In this document: one piece after another, positions 55,004-64,000 of the stretch
Layout: the number at the start of each line of letters is the position of its first letter
Position numbering within the stretch: the stretch's first letter is position 1
Source of the DNA: a virus
IMG/VR virus record: IMGVR_UViG_3300027974_000021
Strand: one strand, 5' to 3'
Length of the DNA stretch: 64,000 nucleotides
The notes under the pieces: model-generated
What the model was told of the DNA's origin: nothing
Seen by the model: only the letters and a program-made list of their open reading frames with translations
Databases searched by the model: none
Translations under genes and position numbers: made by a program

Positions 55004-55596
55004 TAAATTTTTCCTATACTGTCTGCCCAAACGTTTGATTTGTTTACTGTAAATCTTTCAACAGGCAACATCATAACTGTAAACCAATTCTCAGGAGAGA
55101 CTCTTAACATTGTTGATTGTATGTGATCATATAAGTATGAGTGTACACATGGCTTTGCTAAAACGAATTTACTTGCTGATCTTATAGTTGCCCAACTATA
55201 ACGTATTCGAGTTGTTTCATCATATTTTTTATTATTCGCATATTCTAATAATCTATCTAATAATCTTACTCTTAATTGATATGGTAGATAATGCATATTC
55301 AATCCAGTAAATCCTTTATCAGTAGTTGAAAATGGAAACACTAAAGGAAACATATCATAATATGGTAATTGTTCTTTTAACTTTGCATCGTAAAAGTACA
55401 TATACAAGTTTCCTGGAACCATCACAGTTGATGTACGATTCTTACTGTCTGGTCTTAACAAAGATTGTGGCTGAATACGAGCAGTTCTTAATTTTGCAGT
55501 TTCCCTTTGAAACCAATTTAATGATTTCGTTAATATAGTCTTATCTTGACCATATTTGGTGAAAATGTCCTGTGCTGTTTGTCTTACTTGAGCCAT
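55003..55596 (-). CDS. gp2: DNA end protector protein
   Basis: YDAKLK..LPYYD.FPL, GLNMHYLP, PCVHSYL. Confidence 0.9.
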   Translation of the reverse strand: MAQVRQTAQDIFTKYGQDKTILTKSLNWFQRETAKLRTARIQPQSLLRPDSKNRTSTVMVPGNLYMYFYDAKLKEQLPYYDMFPLVFPFSTTDKGFTGLNMHYLPYQLRVRLLDRLLEYANNKKYDETTRIRYSWATIRSASKFVLAKPCVHSYLYDHIQSTMLRVSPENWFTVMMLPVERFTVNKSNVWADSIGKI

Positions 55597-55604
55597 ATTA
55601 CTAT

Positions 55605-56054
55605 TTATTTACTATTGTCTAATCCTAAGTCTTTTTCTGTTAAAATAATGAACTTTTGATTACGATCTAAAGCATACTCTTTTGCAGCTTTCCATTTAGC
55701 TGAATTAACTATAAAATTATGACATTCTTTCAAATACCTACGTGTTTGGCTTCCAGGATATTCAGGCTGAATAGTTTGAGAATATGGTTTGATTTCAACT
55801 AAATAAGTCTTAAGAGTATTAGTTTCTTTATCTTTAATAGTGACTGAAAAGTCAACGAAATATCTATGTATTCTTTTATCAATAGGAGAGCGATAGGGTA
55901 CAATAACTTCCTCACTCTTCCAAGAAACTACTGCTGGATTTTTATCGCACCAAAGAGCGAATCTTGTTTCCCAAGATGAACGTAAATAGATTGATGTAGG
56001 GTCGCCTACATACTTCTCAGGGAATATTGGTTTATATCGTCTAGTGTGAAACAT
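55605..56054 (-). CDS. gp4: Head completion nuclease
   Basis: PEKYVGD, RSSWE, WKSEE, HRYFVDF, EIKP, NSAKWKAA. Confidence 0.92.
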   Translation of the reverse strand: MFHTRRYKPIFPEKYVGDPTSIYLRSSWETRFALWCDKNPAVVSWKSEEVIVPYRSPIDKRIHRYFVDFSVTIKDKETNTLKTYLVEIKPYSQTIQPEYPGSQTRRYLKECHNFIVNSAKWKAAKEYALDRNQKFIILTEKDLGLDNSK

Positions 56055-56072
56055 AATTAATAAGGACTCAAC

Positions 56073-56080
56073 TATTTATA
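56073..56080 (-). promoter_or_regulatory. T4 late promoter TATAAATA driving the gp4 operon
   Basis: TATTTATA on the + strand, 18 nt upstream of the gp4 ATG. Confidence 0.65.
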
Positions 56081-57252
56081 TGTCTATTTTAAACTCAACC
56101 ACTCCAACAGCTAACTTTGGTGATTATGGCGATTCAGTATATCGCACAAAACAGTTCATGTATCCAACTGATTTACTATCAGTAGATCCAAATAAAAATG
56201 AATATGGTGGTCAATACATGATGATTTATATTAACGTCACATCAGATTCTACATTCACAAGAGCAGATGAACAACAATCAGCAATACCAAATATAAGTAA
56301 AAGAGTAGGAAAAGAATTATCAGGAGTAAAAGCATCAGGATTGTTAAAAAAAGAAAGTATTATTTCAGCAATAGCTTTGGCTGGTGGAGTAGCAGGTGGT
56401 GCTGGTGGAGCAATCGCAGCAGGAGCTCCAGGAGGAATAGTTGGTGGAGGAGTAGGTGCTGTTTTAGCAGGAGCATTAGGTGTATCATTAGGAGGTGATT
56501 TTTCTAAACCAAGAAAAAGATTATTAACAGCTATCGCTTTACATATACCAAATAATATTGCTATAAATTATGGTGTTAATTATGGTGAAGCTGATGGAGC
56601 TCTTACTGATTTAGTAATGAGAGGAATTGATACAGGGGCAGCAGGTTTAGAAGCATTAATCACAAGTCCAGGAGGAGCAGGAAAAGAAGTTTTTAACAAC
56701 ATAGGAAAAAGTGGAATCGGTGGAGGATTACAAGGTCAAGCACTTAATGTTTTAGGAGACACAGGAAAGATTATAGGAAAACTAGCAGGTGTTGCTTCTA
56801 ATCCAAAAAAAGAACAAATATTTGAAGGTGTGCCTTTTAGATCATTCAGTTATACATATGATTTTTATCCTCGTAGTGAAGAAGAATCAGAGAATGTTAA
56901 AAGAATACTTGATGAATTAAAATATCACATGCATCCTAATTTTAAAGATGATGCTGGTTTTTTATTTGAATATCCAGCAGAGTTTGATATATTCTTTATG
57001 CATAAAGGACAAGAGAATAAATTTATACACAAACATAGATCAGCTGTACTAGAATCAATGTCTGTTAATTATGCACCGAATGGTCAATTCTCATCATTTC
57101 CTAATGGTTCACCAACATCATATCAAGCCACATTAAATTTCAAAGAAGTTTCAATTATTACAAAAGAAGCTTTAGAAAATATGGGTGAAGTTCAACAAAG
57201 AAACACAAACAGTCCTGTAAGAAACTTTGGTGGACAAGCTGATACATTTTAA
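56080..57252 (+). CDS. gp48: Baseplate tail-tube cap
   Basis: YPTDL, IALHIP, NPKKEQIFEGVPFRSFSY...PRSEEE, LNFKE. Confidence 0.85.
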   Translation: MSILNSTTPTANFGDYGDSVYRTKQFMYPTDLLSVDPNKNEYGGQYMMIYINVTSDSTFTRADEQQSAIPNISKRVGKELSGVKASGLLKKESIISAIALAGGVAGGAGGAIAAGAPGGIVGGGVGAVLAGALGVSLGGDFSKPRKRLLTAIALHIPNNIAINYGVNYGEADGALTDLVMRGIDTGAAGLEALITSPGGAGKEVFNNIGKSGIGGGLQGQALNVLGDTGKIIGKLAGVASNPKKEQIFEGVPFRSFSYTYDFYPRSEEESENVKRILDELKYHMHPNFKDDAGFLFEYPAEFDIFFMHKGQENKFIHKHRSAVLESMSVNYAPNGQFSSFPNGSPTSYQATLNFKEVSIITKEALENMGEVQQRNTNSPVRNFGGQADTF

Positions 57253-57263
57253 AGGAGATAACA

Positions 57264-57779
57264 ATGTACTTTAGAAAATTTCCAAAAATATATTATACTC
57301 TACGAGAAAAAAACGTAGATGTATTTAAAATAGTCACAGACATAACAGCAAATGTTAGAATAAGAAAAGCAGCACTTTCTAATATAACTATATGGGAAAG
57401 TTATGATATACGTGAAGGAGAAACACCTGAAATTATTGCTGAGAAGTTCTATAAAGATGCTACATTACATTGGGTGATTATGCTAGTAAATAATCGTTAT
57501 AATATGTATAATGATTTCCCTTTATCATATAATGAGTTAATGTCATATGTAGATAAAAAATATCCTGGAGTACAAAACCAAATTAAAGAATATAGAGTAG
57601 ATGGATATGTGGTTGATAGTAATGTGATTGGAGCTGTCGGAATTACAAATAAAGAATATGAAGTTGAAAAGAACGAAGCTAAAAGAAGAATTAAAATTAT
57701 AGCACCAGCACTTATTAACACTGTAGTTCAAGAATTAAATGATTTAATGAGTGATGCTAATGGTCAAACTTTAGTATAA
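57264..57779 (+). CDS. gp53: Baseplate wedge subunit
   Basis: YFRKFP, GETPEIIAEKFY, HWVIMLVN, NEAKRRIKI. Confidence 0.9.
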   Translation: MYFRKFPKIYYTLREKNVDVFKIVTDITANVRIRKAALSNITIWESYDIREGETPEIIAEKFYKDATLHWVIMLVNNRYNMYNDFPLSYNELMSYVDKKYPGVQNQIKEYRVDGYVVDSNVIGAVGITNKEYEVEKNEAKRRIKIIAPALINTVVQELNDLMSDANGQTLV

Positions 57780-57783
57780 AATT

Positions 57784-59046
57784 ATGAATAAAATATCATA
57801 CGCAGGTGATGTAGAAACTAAACAGATTGATCTAGTTGGTAAATATTCAACAGTTAGTTTAATTGCACTTTTTAATCAAGTAGAAATTTACGAAGACTTA
57901 TTCTCTCCTTTTATTACAGGAACTATTACAATTTCAGAATCATTTGATTTAATTAATAATCTCCCATTAATTGGAGAAGAGTTTTTAATTTTAGATATAA
58001 CAACTCCTGGATTTGAGAAAAGAATTAAAGGAAGATTTTATGTATTTAAATGTTCTGAAAAAGTAGCAATAAGAGATAAGTTATCAGGATATACTTTACA
58101 TTTCATTTCAATAGATGCTATAAACGATTTAAATATTCGTTTGAATAATGCTTGGTCTGGTTTTTGTTCAGATATAGCTTTTCGTTTAATCGCTAAAGAT
58201 AAATCTGGTGTTCAAACAGAAAAACCAATTAATATAGAAGATACAATTAATGGTATAAAATTTGTTTGTAATAATTGGTCTCCTGTTAAAGCGATTAATT
58301 ATGTAGCTGAGAAGAGTGTAAACAAAGATGGAATATCATCTTATTTATTTTTTGAAAATAGAGAAGGATTTAATTTCGTTTCACTTCATACACTATATCA
58401 AGGAAACCCTATTCAAGATTTTATATTTGATAATTACGAAAGAACAGAGACTAATGTAGGTGATACTATACGTGATGCTGAACAAGATTACAGACGTATC
58501 ATTACAATGTCTATGCCAAGTGGATTTGATTTTATAGATAGACTTTCTAAAGGTATGTTCACTTCTAATCTTACAAGTTATGACATGGTGACAAAAAGAT
58601 TTAAAAGACAATATTTTTCGTATCAAGAAGAATTTAATAAAATACCACACTTAAATAAATTTCCATTAAATAGCACAGAAGTTATTTCTGCTCCAGATAG
58701 TTTAGTATATAATAAAATAAAACACACAGCTATGCATAATGGGTTTGATGACATATCAAATAGTGATAAATTTCTTTTTAGATTATCAGCACTCGCAAAC
58801 ACACAAGGGTTTAAATTAAGAGTTGAAACTCTCGGAAGAACAGATTATACAGTTGGTAAAGTTATTTCATTAAAAACATTTAGAATAGAAACTGTTAATG
58901 ATAAGTCAAATGATTTAGTAGATCCAACATACACTGGTAAATATTTAATATCAGCAGTTAAACACACTGTAGCTGGAAATAAACATACTTGTACTTTAGA
59001 ATTAATTAAAGATAGTTTATCACAAGGTATTGGAGAATTAGCATAA
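57784..59046 (+). CDS. Baseplate hub/tail protein (gp27-like)
   Basis: IYEDLFSPFITG, LPLIGEE, YLFFEN..GFNF, GKYLISAVKH; between gp53 and gp5. Confidence 0.7.
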   Translation: MNKISYAGDVETKQIDLVGKYSTVSLIALFNQVEIYEDLFSPFITGTITISESFDLINNLPLIGEEFLILDITTPGFEKRIKGRFYVFKCSEKVAIRDKLSGYTLHFISIDAINDLNIRLNNAWSGFCSDIAFRLIAKDKSGVQTEKPINIEDTINGIKFVCNNWSPVKAINYVAEKSVNKDGISSYLFFENREGFNFVSLHTLYQGNPIQDFIFDNYERTETNVGDTIRDAEQDYRRIITMSMPSGFDFIDRLSKGMFTSNLTSYDMVTKRFKRQYFSYQEEFNKIPHLNKFPLNSTEVISAPDSLVYNKIKHTAMHNGFDDISNSDKFLFRLSALANTQGFKLRVETLGRTDYTVGKVISLKTFRIETVNDKSNDLVDPTYTGKYLISAVKHTVAGNKHTCTLELIKDSLSQGIGELA

Positions 59047-62003
59047 TGAAAATATTTATTGGTAAAGTTGAAAACAGAAATGATCCTTTAAAACTTGGTA
59101 GATGTCAAGTGAGAGTAATGGGTGTTCATGATGAAAACCCTGCAATACTTCCCACAATAGATTTACCATGGGCTATGCCTATATCACCAGTCAATTCAGC
59201 ATCAAGTGCTGGTATTGGTGTATCACCAACAGGAATAGTTTTAGGAAGTATAGTTCTTGTCACATTCACTGATAAAGATGATCAAACTCCAGTCATACTT
59301 GGTACACTTGCAGGTGTTCCGCAAAATCAAAATAATTCTTTAGTTCTTAAACCATCTGATAGAAAAGGAAATATAAACACAGCAGTAAAGATTGGTTCTG
59401 ATGGTGTTTCAAAACTTGTATCAGGTCAAATAGATTCAAATGTAAACACAATTAATGCTGTTGCCACAAGAAGTGGTGGCGATGTAGAAACAGCAGCACA
59501 AGTATCTGAAGATTCTAAAGCTTTATTGAGAGGAGATTTAGAGATAGAAAAAGCAAGACCTCTTTCTACTTTCACTGTATCAGATGATAGTGTAAAAGAT
59601 ATTATAAAAAATACTTCATTCACTGATGTTGCTGTTCCGATTACAGACTCATCTGGTAAAGTAATTAAAACTGTAATTGGATATGGACAAGACACATATC
59701 AAGGAAAACCTGTCACAACTTCTTATCCAGGAAGTATAGACAAAGCAACTGCTGAAACAGAATTCAAAAACTATTTACAAACAGATGTGGCTGATAAACT
59801 TACAAGTGTTGTAAGAGCACCAGTCAATCAAGAAATGTTTGATTCATTATTAAGTGTAGCATCAGATATCGGTGTAGAAAATTTCTCTAATTCGTCAATC
59901 CCTAAATTAATCAATTCATTAGACTATCAAGGAGCAGCAGGTGCTATTCAAGGAATAGGAAATGAAAAGAGTTTTGATAACGTATTAGGTGGTGTCACAT
60001 CAGCATCTTTAGATTCTTCTATCACAACAGGAAAAGAATTATTCGCAAATTTAACAGACGGAACAGATTTAACTGGAACTATTACAGGTTCAGTTCAAAA
60101 TATATCAGGAAACCTTTTAAATAGTTTGGGAGGTAATGCTGAATCTATAACTTCAAATTTAACTAACATAGCAGATGGTTCTTTATCAGGTATATCGACT
60201 GTCTTATCTGATTCAGGTATTGGAAATATTTTAAATAGTTCAACTGGTATTTCAAATATATCAAACGTTTTGAATACAACAGACATTGGTGCTACAGTGA
60301 CAAATGTATTAGGTGGTGTAAGTGGAAATATTTCTTCTGCTATATCAAATATAACTTCAGGTAATGTAGCAAATTTACTCGGAGGATTTGGTGGTTTTAG
60401 TTTAGGTGGAGCAGGTGGTTCATTATTCGGTGGTAAATCATCAACTAAAAAAGCAAGACGATCAGCAGCAGCAAGTAAATTTACTTCTGTTGGTTATCCA
60501 AATTTGGGTGGAACATTATTTGATGAAAATACTGCATATGTAAAACCAATTTCTGATAATGGTGAATTAGGTAATGCTGGTTTAGTTTCAAATCCAGCAT
60601 CAGGATCTTTTGGTGTTGCTTCAGGATACTTAGAATATGTAAATGAGCCAGATACATCTAGATTAGCACGCCATGAGAACATAGATAAAACTTCAGTCTA
60701 TGTAAAAGAATCAGCAAGAGCATTAGGTATTGAAAGATTTAATTATGATACTTGGGATCAATCTGAAATACCTTATAATGCAGAATATCCATTTAATAAA
60801 GTTGTTGAAACTGAAAGAGGACATGTATTTGAATTAGATGACACACCAAATGCTGAAAGAATTAACATATTCCATAAACGTGGAAGTTGGATGGAATGGG
60901 ATCATAATGGTACATTAACTGATCGTGTAGTGGGAGATCGTTATCAATTAAGCGAAAGAAATACTTATGAATTAGTTGGTGGTACAAAAAATTTAACAGT
61001 TTATGGTGAATTGAATGCAGTACTTAAAGCTGGAGCAAAAATAAGAATAGATGGTCCAGGAGAAGTTGTAATTAATAATGATTGTAAAGTCACAGTTGCT
61101 GGTGATATGAATTTAAATGTTGGTGGTGAATTTAGATTAGTTGCTGGACAAATACGTATGGAGTCAAAAGGAATGGCTACATTAGGTGCAGCACAAGTTT
61201 TAGAATTAGATGGTAGTAAAGTAGAAATAGCTAATGGATTTACTCCATCAGGATTAGCACATACAACAAACGAAATTATTGATACACAAATGCCAGTTAT
61301 ACCTGAATTACAAATCAATTCACGTTCAGCAAGAGAGTATTTTGTTTATGAAGTTCCTGATGAAGGAGACGCTCAAACTCATCGTGAACGCCAAATACAA
61401 CGTGGTTTATATATTCGTAAGAATTTAGATTTAGGTAATGTTTCTGTTAAAACTGTACCAACAGTTAAATCAGAAATTGAAACAGCAGAGCAAAAATGTG
61501 AATACATTTATGGGTTATCTAGCTATGAACCAAGCTTACAATTATCTGCTCGTATTCAATTAGGAGCATTAAATCGAAATGGTGGTATTCCTATTATATC
61601 ACAAATGGGAGTAGATCCAAAACAAATAGTTTGTAATTTAAAAGGAATGGCAACATATCTTATTGAACCAATGAAAGATTTATTCAAAAACGTTTTAATT
61701 GTAAATGGATATAGAAACAATCAAATTCAAGCAGGATCTCCTGAAACATCTCAACATTATACAGGTGAAGCTGTTGATATTATATTCTCAAGCTGGAATC
61801 GTGCTCAACATTATCAAGCAGCAATAGACTTAGCTTTATCTTTACCTTATGGATTTGATCGTATAGTATTATCGTATGCAGGTAAAAAATCAGTTTGGTT
61901 GCATTGTTCATGGAAATATACAGGAAATAGATTCGAAACATTTACTATGAGAGACCATCTAAAAGTATCAGATGGTTTATCTTTAATACCAGAGGTTAAA
62001 TAA
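59046..62003 (+). CDS. gp5: Baseplate central spike gp5: OB domain, degenerate GH24 lysozyme, beta-helix and C-terminal M15 peptidase
   Basis: DPLKLGRCQVRV.G.H, LPWA; YPFNKVVETERGH..ELDDTP..ERI; NGYR...SQHYTGEAVDI...WLHCS. Confidence 0.88.
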   Translation: MKIFIGKVENRNDPLKLGRCQVRVMGVHDENPAILPTIDLPWAMPISPVNSASSAGIGVSPTGIVLGSIVLVTFTDKDDQTPVILGTLAGVPQNQNNSLVLKPSDRKGNINTAVKIGSDGVSKLVSGQIDSNVNTINAVATRSGGDVETAAQVSEDSKALLRGDLEIEKARPLSTFTVSDDSVKDIIKNTSFTDVAVPITDSSGKVIKTVIGYGQDTYQGKPVTTSYPGSIDKATAETEFKNYLQTDVADKLTSVVRAPVNQEMFDSLLSVASDIGVENFSNSSIPKLINSLDYQGAAGAIQGIGNEKSFDNVLGGVTSASLDSSITTGKELFANLTDGTDLTGTITGSVQNISGNLLNSLGGNAESITSNLTNIADGSLSGISTVLSDSGIGNILNSSTGISNISNVLNTTDIGATVTNVLGGVSGNISSAISNITSGNVANLLGGFGGFSLGGAGGSLFGGKSSTKKARRSAAASKFTSVGYPNLGGTLFDENTAYVKPISDNGELGNAGLVSNPASGSFGVASGYLEYVNEPDTSRLARHENIDKTSVYVKESARALGIERFNYDTWDQSEIPYNAEYPFNKVVETERGHVFELDDTPNAERINIFHKRGSWMEWDHNGTLTDRVVGDRYQLSERNTYELVGGTKNLTVYGELNAVLKAGAKIRIDGPGEVVINNDCKVTVAGDMNLNVGGEFRLVAGQIRMESKGMATLGAAQVLELDGSKVEIANGFTPSGLAHTTNEIIDTQMPVIPELQINSRSAREYFVYEVPDEGDAQTHRERQIQRGLYIRKNLDLGNVSVKTVPTVKSEIETAEQKCEYIYGLSSYEPSLQLSARIQLGALNRNGGIPIISQMGVDPKQIVCNLKGMATYLIEPMKDLFKNVLIVNGYRNNQIQAGSPETSQHYTGEAVDIIFSSWNRAQHYQAAIDLALSLPYGFDRIVLSYAGKKSVWLHCSWKYTGNRFETFTMRDHLKVSDGLSLIPEVK

Positions 62004-62005
62004 AT

Positions 62006-62308
62006 ATGCCATTAGCTGCAACAATTTTAACTCTTTCTTCTGGTCATGGTTGTTTTCCAGCAAGATTACCTGCGGGACCATTTGCTTTAAAAACAACTAT
62101 ACAAGGATTAGCTATTCCTTTAACACTTAATACAATTTATATATCACATACATGTGGTTTAATAACACATGCTGGGTCAAGTAGAATAGTGGTATTAGGA
62201 TCAAAAAAAGTCTTTATAGAAGGAAAAATGGCAGTTAGATTAGGAGACCCAATAGCCTGTGGTGATTCTGTCGGACCACTTTGTTCACCAAAAGTTAATA
62301 TAGGATAA
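62006..62308 (+). CDS. PAAR-like spike tip protein (gp5.4)
   Basis: GHGCFP, HTC, GS.KVFIEG..AVRLGD.IACG. Confidence 0.85.
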   Translation: MPLAATILTLSSGHGCFPARLPAGPFALKTTIQGLAIPLTLNTIYISHTCGLITHAGSSRIVVLGSKKVFIEGKMAVRLGDPIACGDSVGPLCSPKVNIG

Positions 62309-62319
62309 CTAAATACAAT

Positions 62320-62712
62320 ATGCCTACAAATACAAGAACATTTACAGATTTAGATCTTAATTTTACAGCACATCCAGTTAATAAAGATGTAGCTATAAAA
62401 TATGATGAACAAGCGATTAAACAAAGTGTTCGAAATTTAATACTTACTAAAAATTTTGAAAGACCATTCCATAGCGAAATTGGTAGTCAAGTTCGTGGTT
62501 TATTATTTGAACCAGTCACTGAAATGTCTGTTTCAATTATTAAAAGAAGTATAGTAGATGTAATAAGAAATTACGAACCAAGAGTACAACTAGTTGATGT
62601 TTTTGTTAATGTTCGACCTGATGAGAATTACGTAGATATTCGTATTATATTTAAAATCATTAATACAGCTACACCAATAGAATTAACTTTAACACTTGAA
62701 AGAACACGATAA
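62320..62712 (+). CDS. gp25: Baseplate wedge subunit
   Basis: DLDLNF..HP, AIKQSVRNLILT...ERPF, YEPRV, LERTR. Confidence 0.92.
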   Translation: MPTNTRTFTDLDLNFTAHPVNKDVAIKYDEQAIKQSVRNLILTKNFERPFHSEIGSQVRGLLFEPVTEMSVSIIKRSIVDVIRNYEPRVQLVDVFVNVRPDENYVDIRIIFKIINTATPIELTLTLERTR

Positions 62713-64000
62713 TGGCAGAAACAAGTAGAAACATTAAAGTCACTGAATTAGATTTCGATGAAATAAAAAAGAATATAAAGACATATTTAAAATCACAAAA
62801 TGCATTTAGCGATTACAATTTTGAAGGATCTGGTCTTTCGATTTTATTAGATGTACTTGCTTACAACACACATTATAATGCTTTGTATTATAATTTAAGT
62901 GTTAATGAAATGTTTTTAGATAGTGCTGTTAAACGTTCATCAGTTGTAAGTCTTGCTAAATCGTTAGGATATACTCCATCATCAAGTATTGCTTCAAGAG
63001 CACTTATTGATGTGATAGTATCTAACGTGTCAGGAAATCCAACCACACTTACTATACCAGCAGGAACTTCATTTAGTTCAAATTTTAGTGGAAGTAATTT
63101 TAATTTCTCAACTGATAGTGCATTCACTGTTTCTCGTTCAGTCACAAATACATATTCATTTTTAAATATTCCTATAATTGAAGGAAGACTATTACAAAAA
63201 ACATATTCAATGGTGACGAATGGAACTTATACAATTCCAAACCTTAAATTAGATTCTTCAACAATTAAAGTGAATGTTCAAGAGGTAGCAGGCTCAGCAG
63301 CAAACACAGTATATACTCTTGCTGATAATTTCGCTACATTAACTCCAACATCACGTGTTTATTTCTTAAAAGAAAATGATGATGGTAATTATGTTATTTC
63401 TTTTGGTGATGGTTTATTAGGATTTGCTCCAGCAAATGGTGCAAATATTCTTATAGATTATTTTGTTTGCAGTGAATCAGAACCAAATGGTACATCTACT
63501 TTCACATACACAGGAAACGCATTCACAAATACAGCTAACTTATCAATAGTGACTAAATCGATTGCAGCAGGTGGTTCTATACCTGAATCAATAGACAGTA
63601 TAAAATATAATGCTCCTAAATCTTTTACATCTCAAAATCGTGCTGTGACTGCAGAAGATTATAAAACAATTATTCCTAAATTTTATAATAACGTAGATGC
63701 TATTTCTGTTTGGGGTGGTGAAGAAAATGATCCACCAATTTATGGAAAAGCATACATTTGTATTAAACCAAAAACAGGAGATACTCTTACATTAAGTACA
63801 AAACAAATTATAATTAAAGATATTATAAAAGGAAAGAGTTTGGTGAGTATTATTCCTGAAATAGTAGATCCTGACATATTATACATATCAGTAAATACAA
63901 ATGTATATTACAATCCTAAATTAACAACTCGTAGTGCTGACACTATAAAGAGCATTGTGTTTGATATAATTAAAAATTATAACACAGGTAATTTAAATAA
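62712..64000 (+). CDS. gp6: Baseplate wedge subunit, 3'-truncated by the window edge
   Basis: Manual translation MAETSRNIKVTELDFDEIK...DYNFEGSGL..LLDVLAYNTHY...QNRAVTAEDY...VWGGEENDPP. Confidence 0.93.
   Translation, partial: MAETSRNIKVTELDFDEIKKNIKTYLKSQNAFSDYNFEGSGLSILLDVLAYNTHYNALYYNLSVNEMFLDSAVKRSSVVSLAKSLGYTPSSSIASRALIDVIVSNVSGNPTTLTIPAGTSFSSNFSGSNFNFSTDSAFTVSRSVTNTYSFLNIPIIEGRLLQKTYSMVTNGTYTIPNLKLDSSTIKVNVQEVAGSAANTVYTLADNFATLTPTSRVYFLKENDDGNYVISFGDGLLGFAPANGANILIDYFVCSESEPNGTSTFTYTGNAFTNTANLSIVTKSIAAGGSIPESIDSIKYNAPKSFTSQNRAVTAEDYKTIIPKFYNNVDAISVWGGEENDPPIYGKAYICIKPKTGDTLTLSTKQIIIKDIIKGKSLVSIIPEIVDPDILYISVNTNVYYNPKLTTRSADTIKSIVFDIIKNYNTGNLN

Noticed and set aside
1-64000. Alternative genetic code or stop-codon readthrough
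   Set aside because: Core genes translate full length in the standard code with dense packing; no suppressor tRNA seen.

Overview
64 kb of an AT-rich (visually about 30% GC) T4-like myovirus genome of the aquatic cyanophage/pelagimyophage type. The host is probably a streamlined aquatic proteobacterium; a bS21 gene, a zf-CHCC gene and a CtrA-like box hint at an alphaproteobacterium such as SAR11/LD12 (inference). Left to right: (1) a late block of probable head-packaged and virion proteins, including a Pol-beta-type nucleotidyltransferase, fibre proteins and an embedded spanin pair; (2) primase gp61, nrdA/nrdB, a GIY-YIG nuclease, a holin and RNase H; (3) a large accessory metabolic region with about 11 Fe(II)/2OG-type dioxygenases (five tandem AspH/LpxO-like), FabF, a fatty-acid desaturase, an amidinotransferase, a SpeD-like decarboxylase, two class-III aminotransferases, an SDR and an FkbM methyltransferase; (4) a GH19 endolysin, an exonuclease, bS21, a SleB-like hydrolase, an early-gene region, gp33 and gp32; (5) the baseplate/head-completion module (gp29-like, 51, 26, 16, 54, 2, 4, 48, 53, 27-like, 5, PAAR, 25, 6). 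Three tRNAs are present (Arg, Val, Thr). The two most striking observations are the late-promoter-driven lipid/amine-tailoring gene cluster and a ~10 kb domain (about 42-52 kb) strongly enriched in TCG/CGA across gene boundaries, which contains a non-coding stretch with a perfect 14-bp palindrome and a C-rich to G-rich strand switch. All calls come from motif recognition by eye; no database searches were run.
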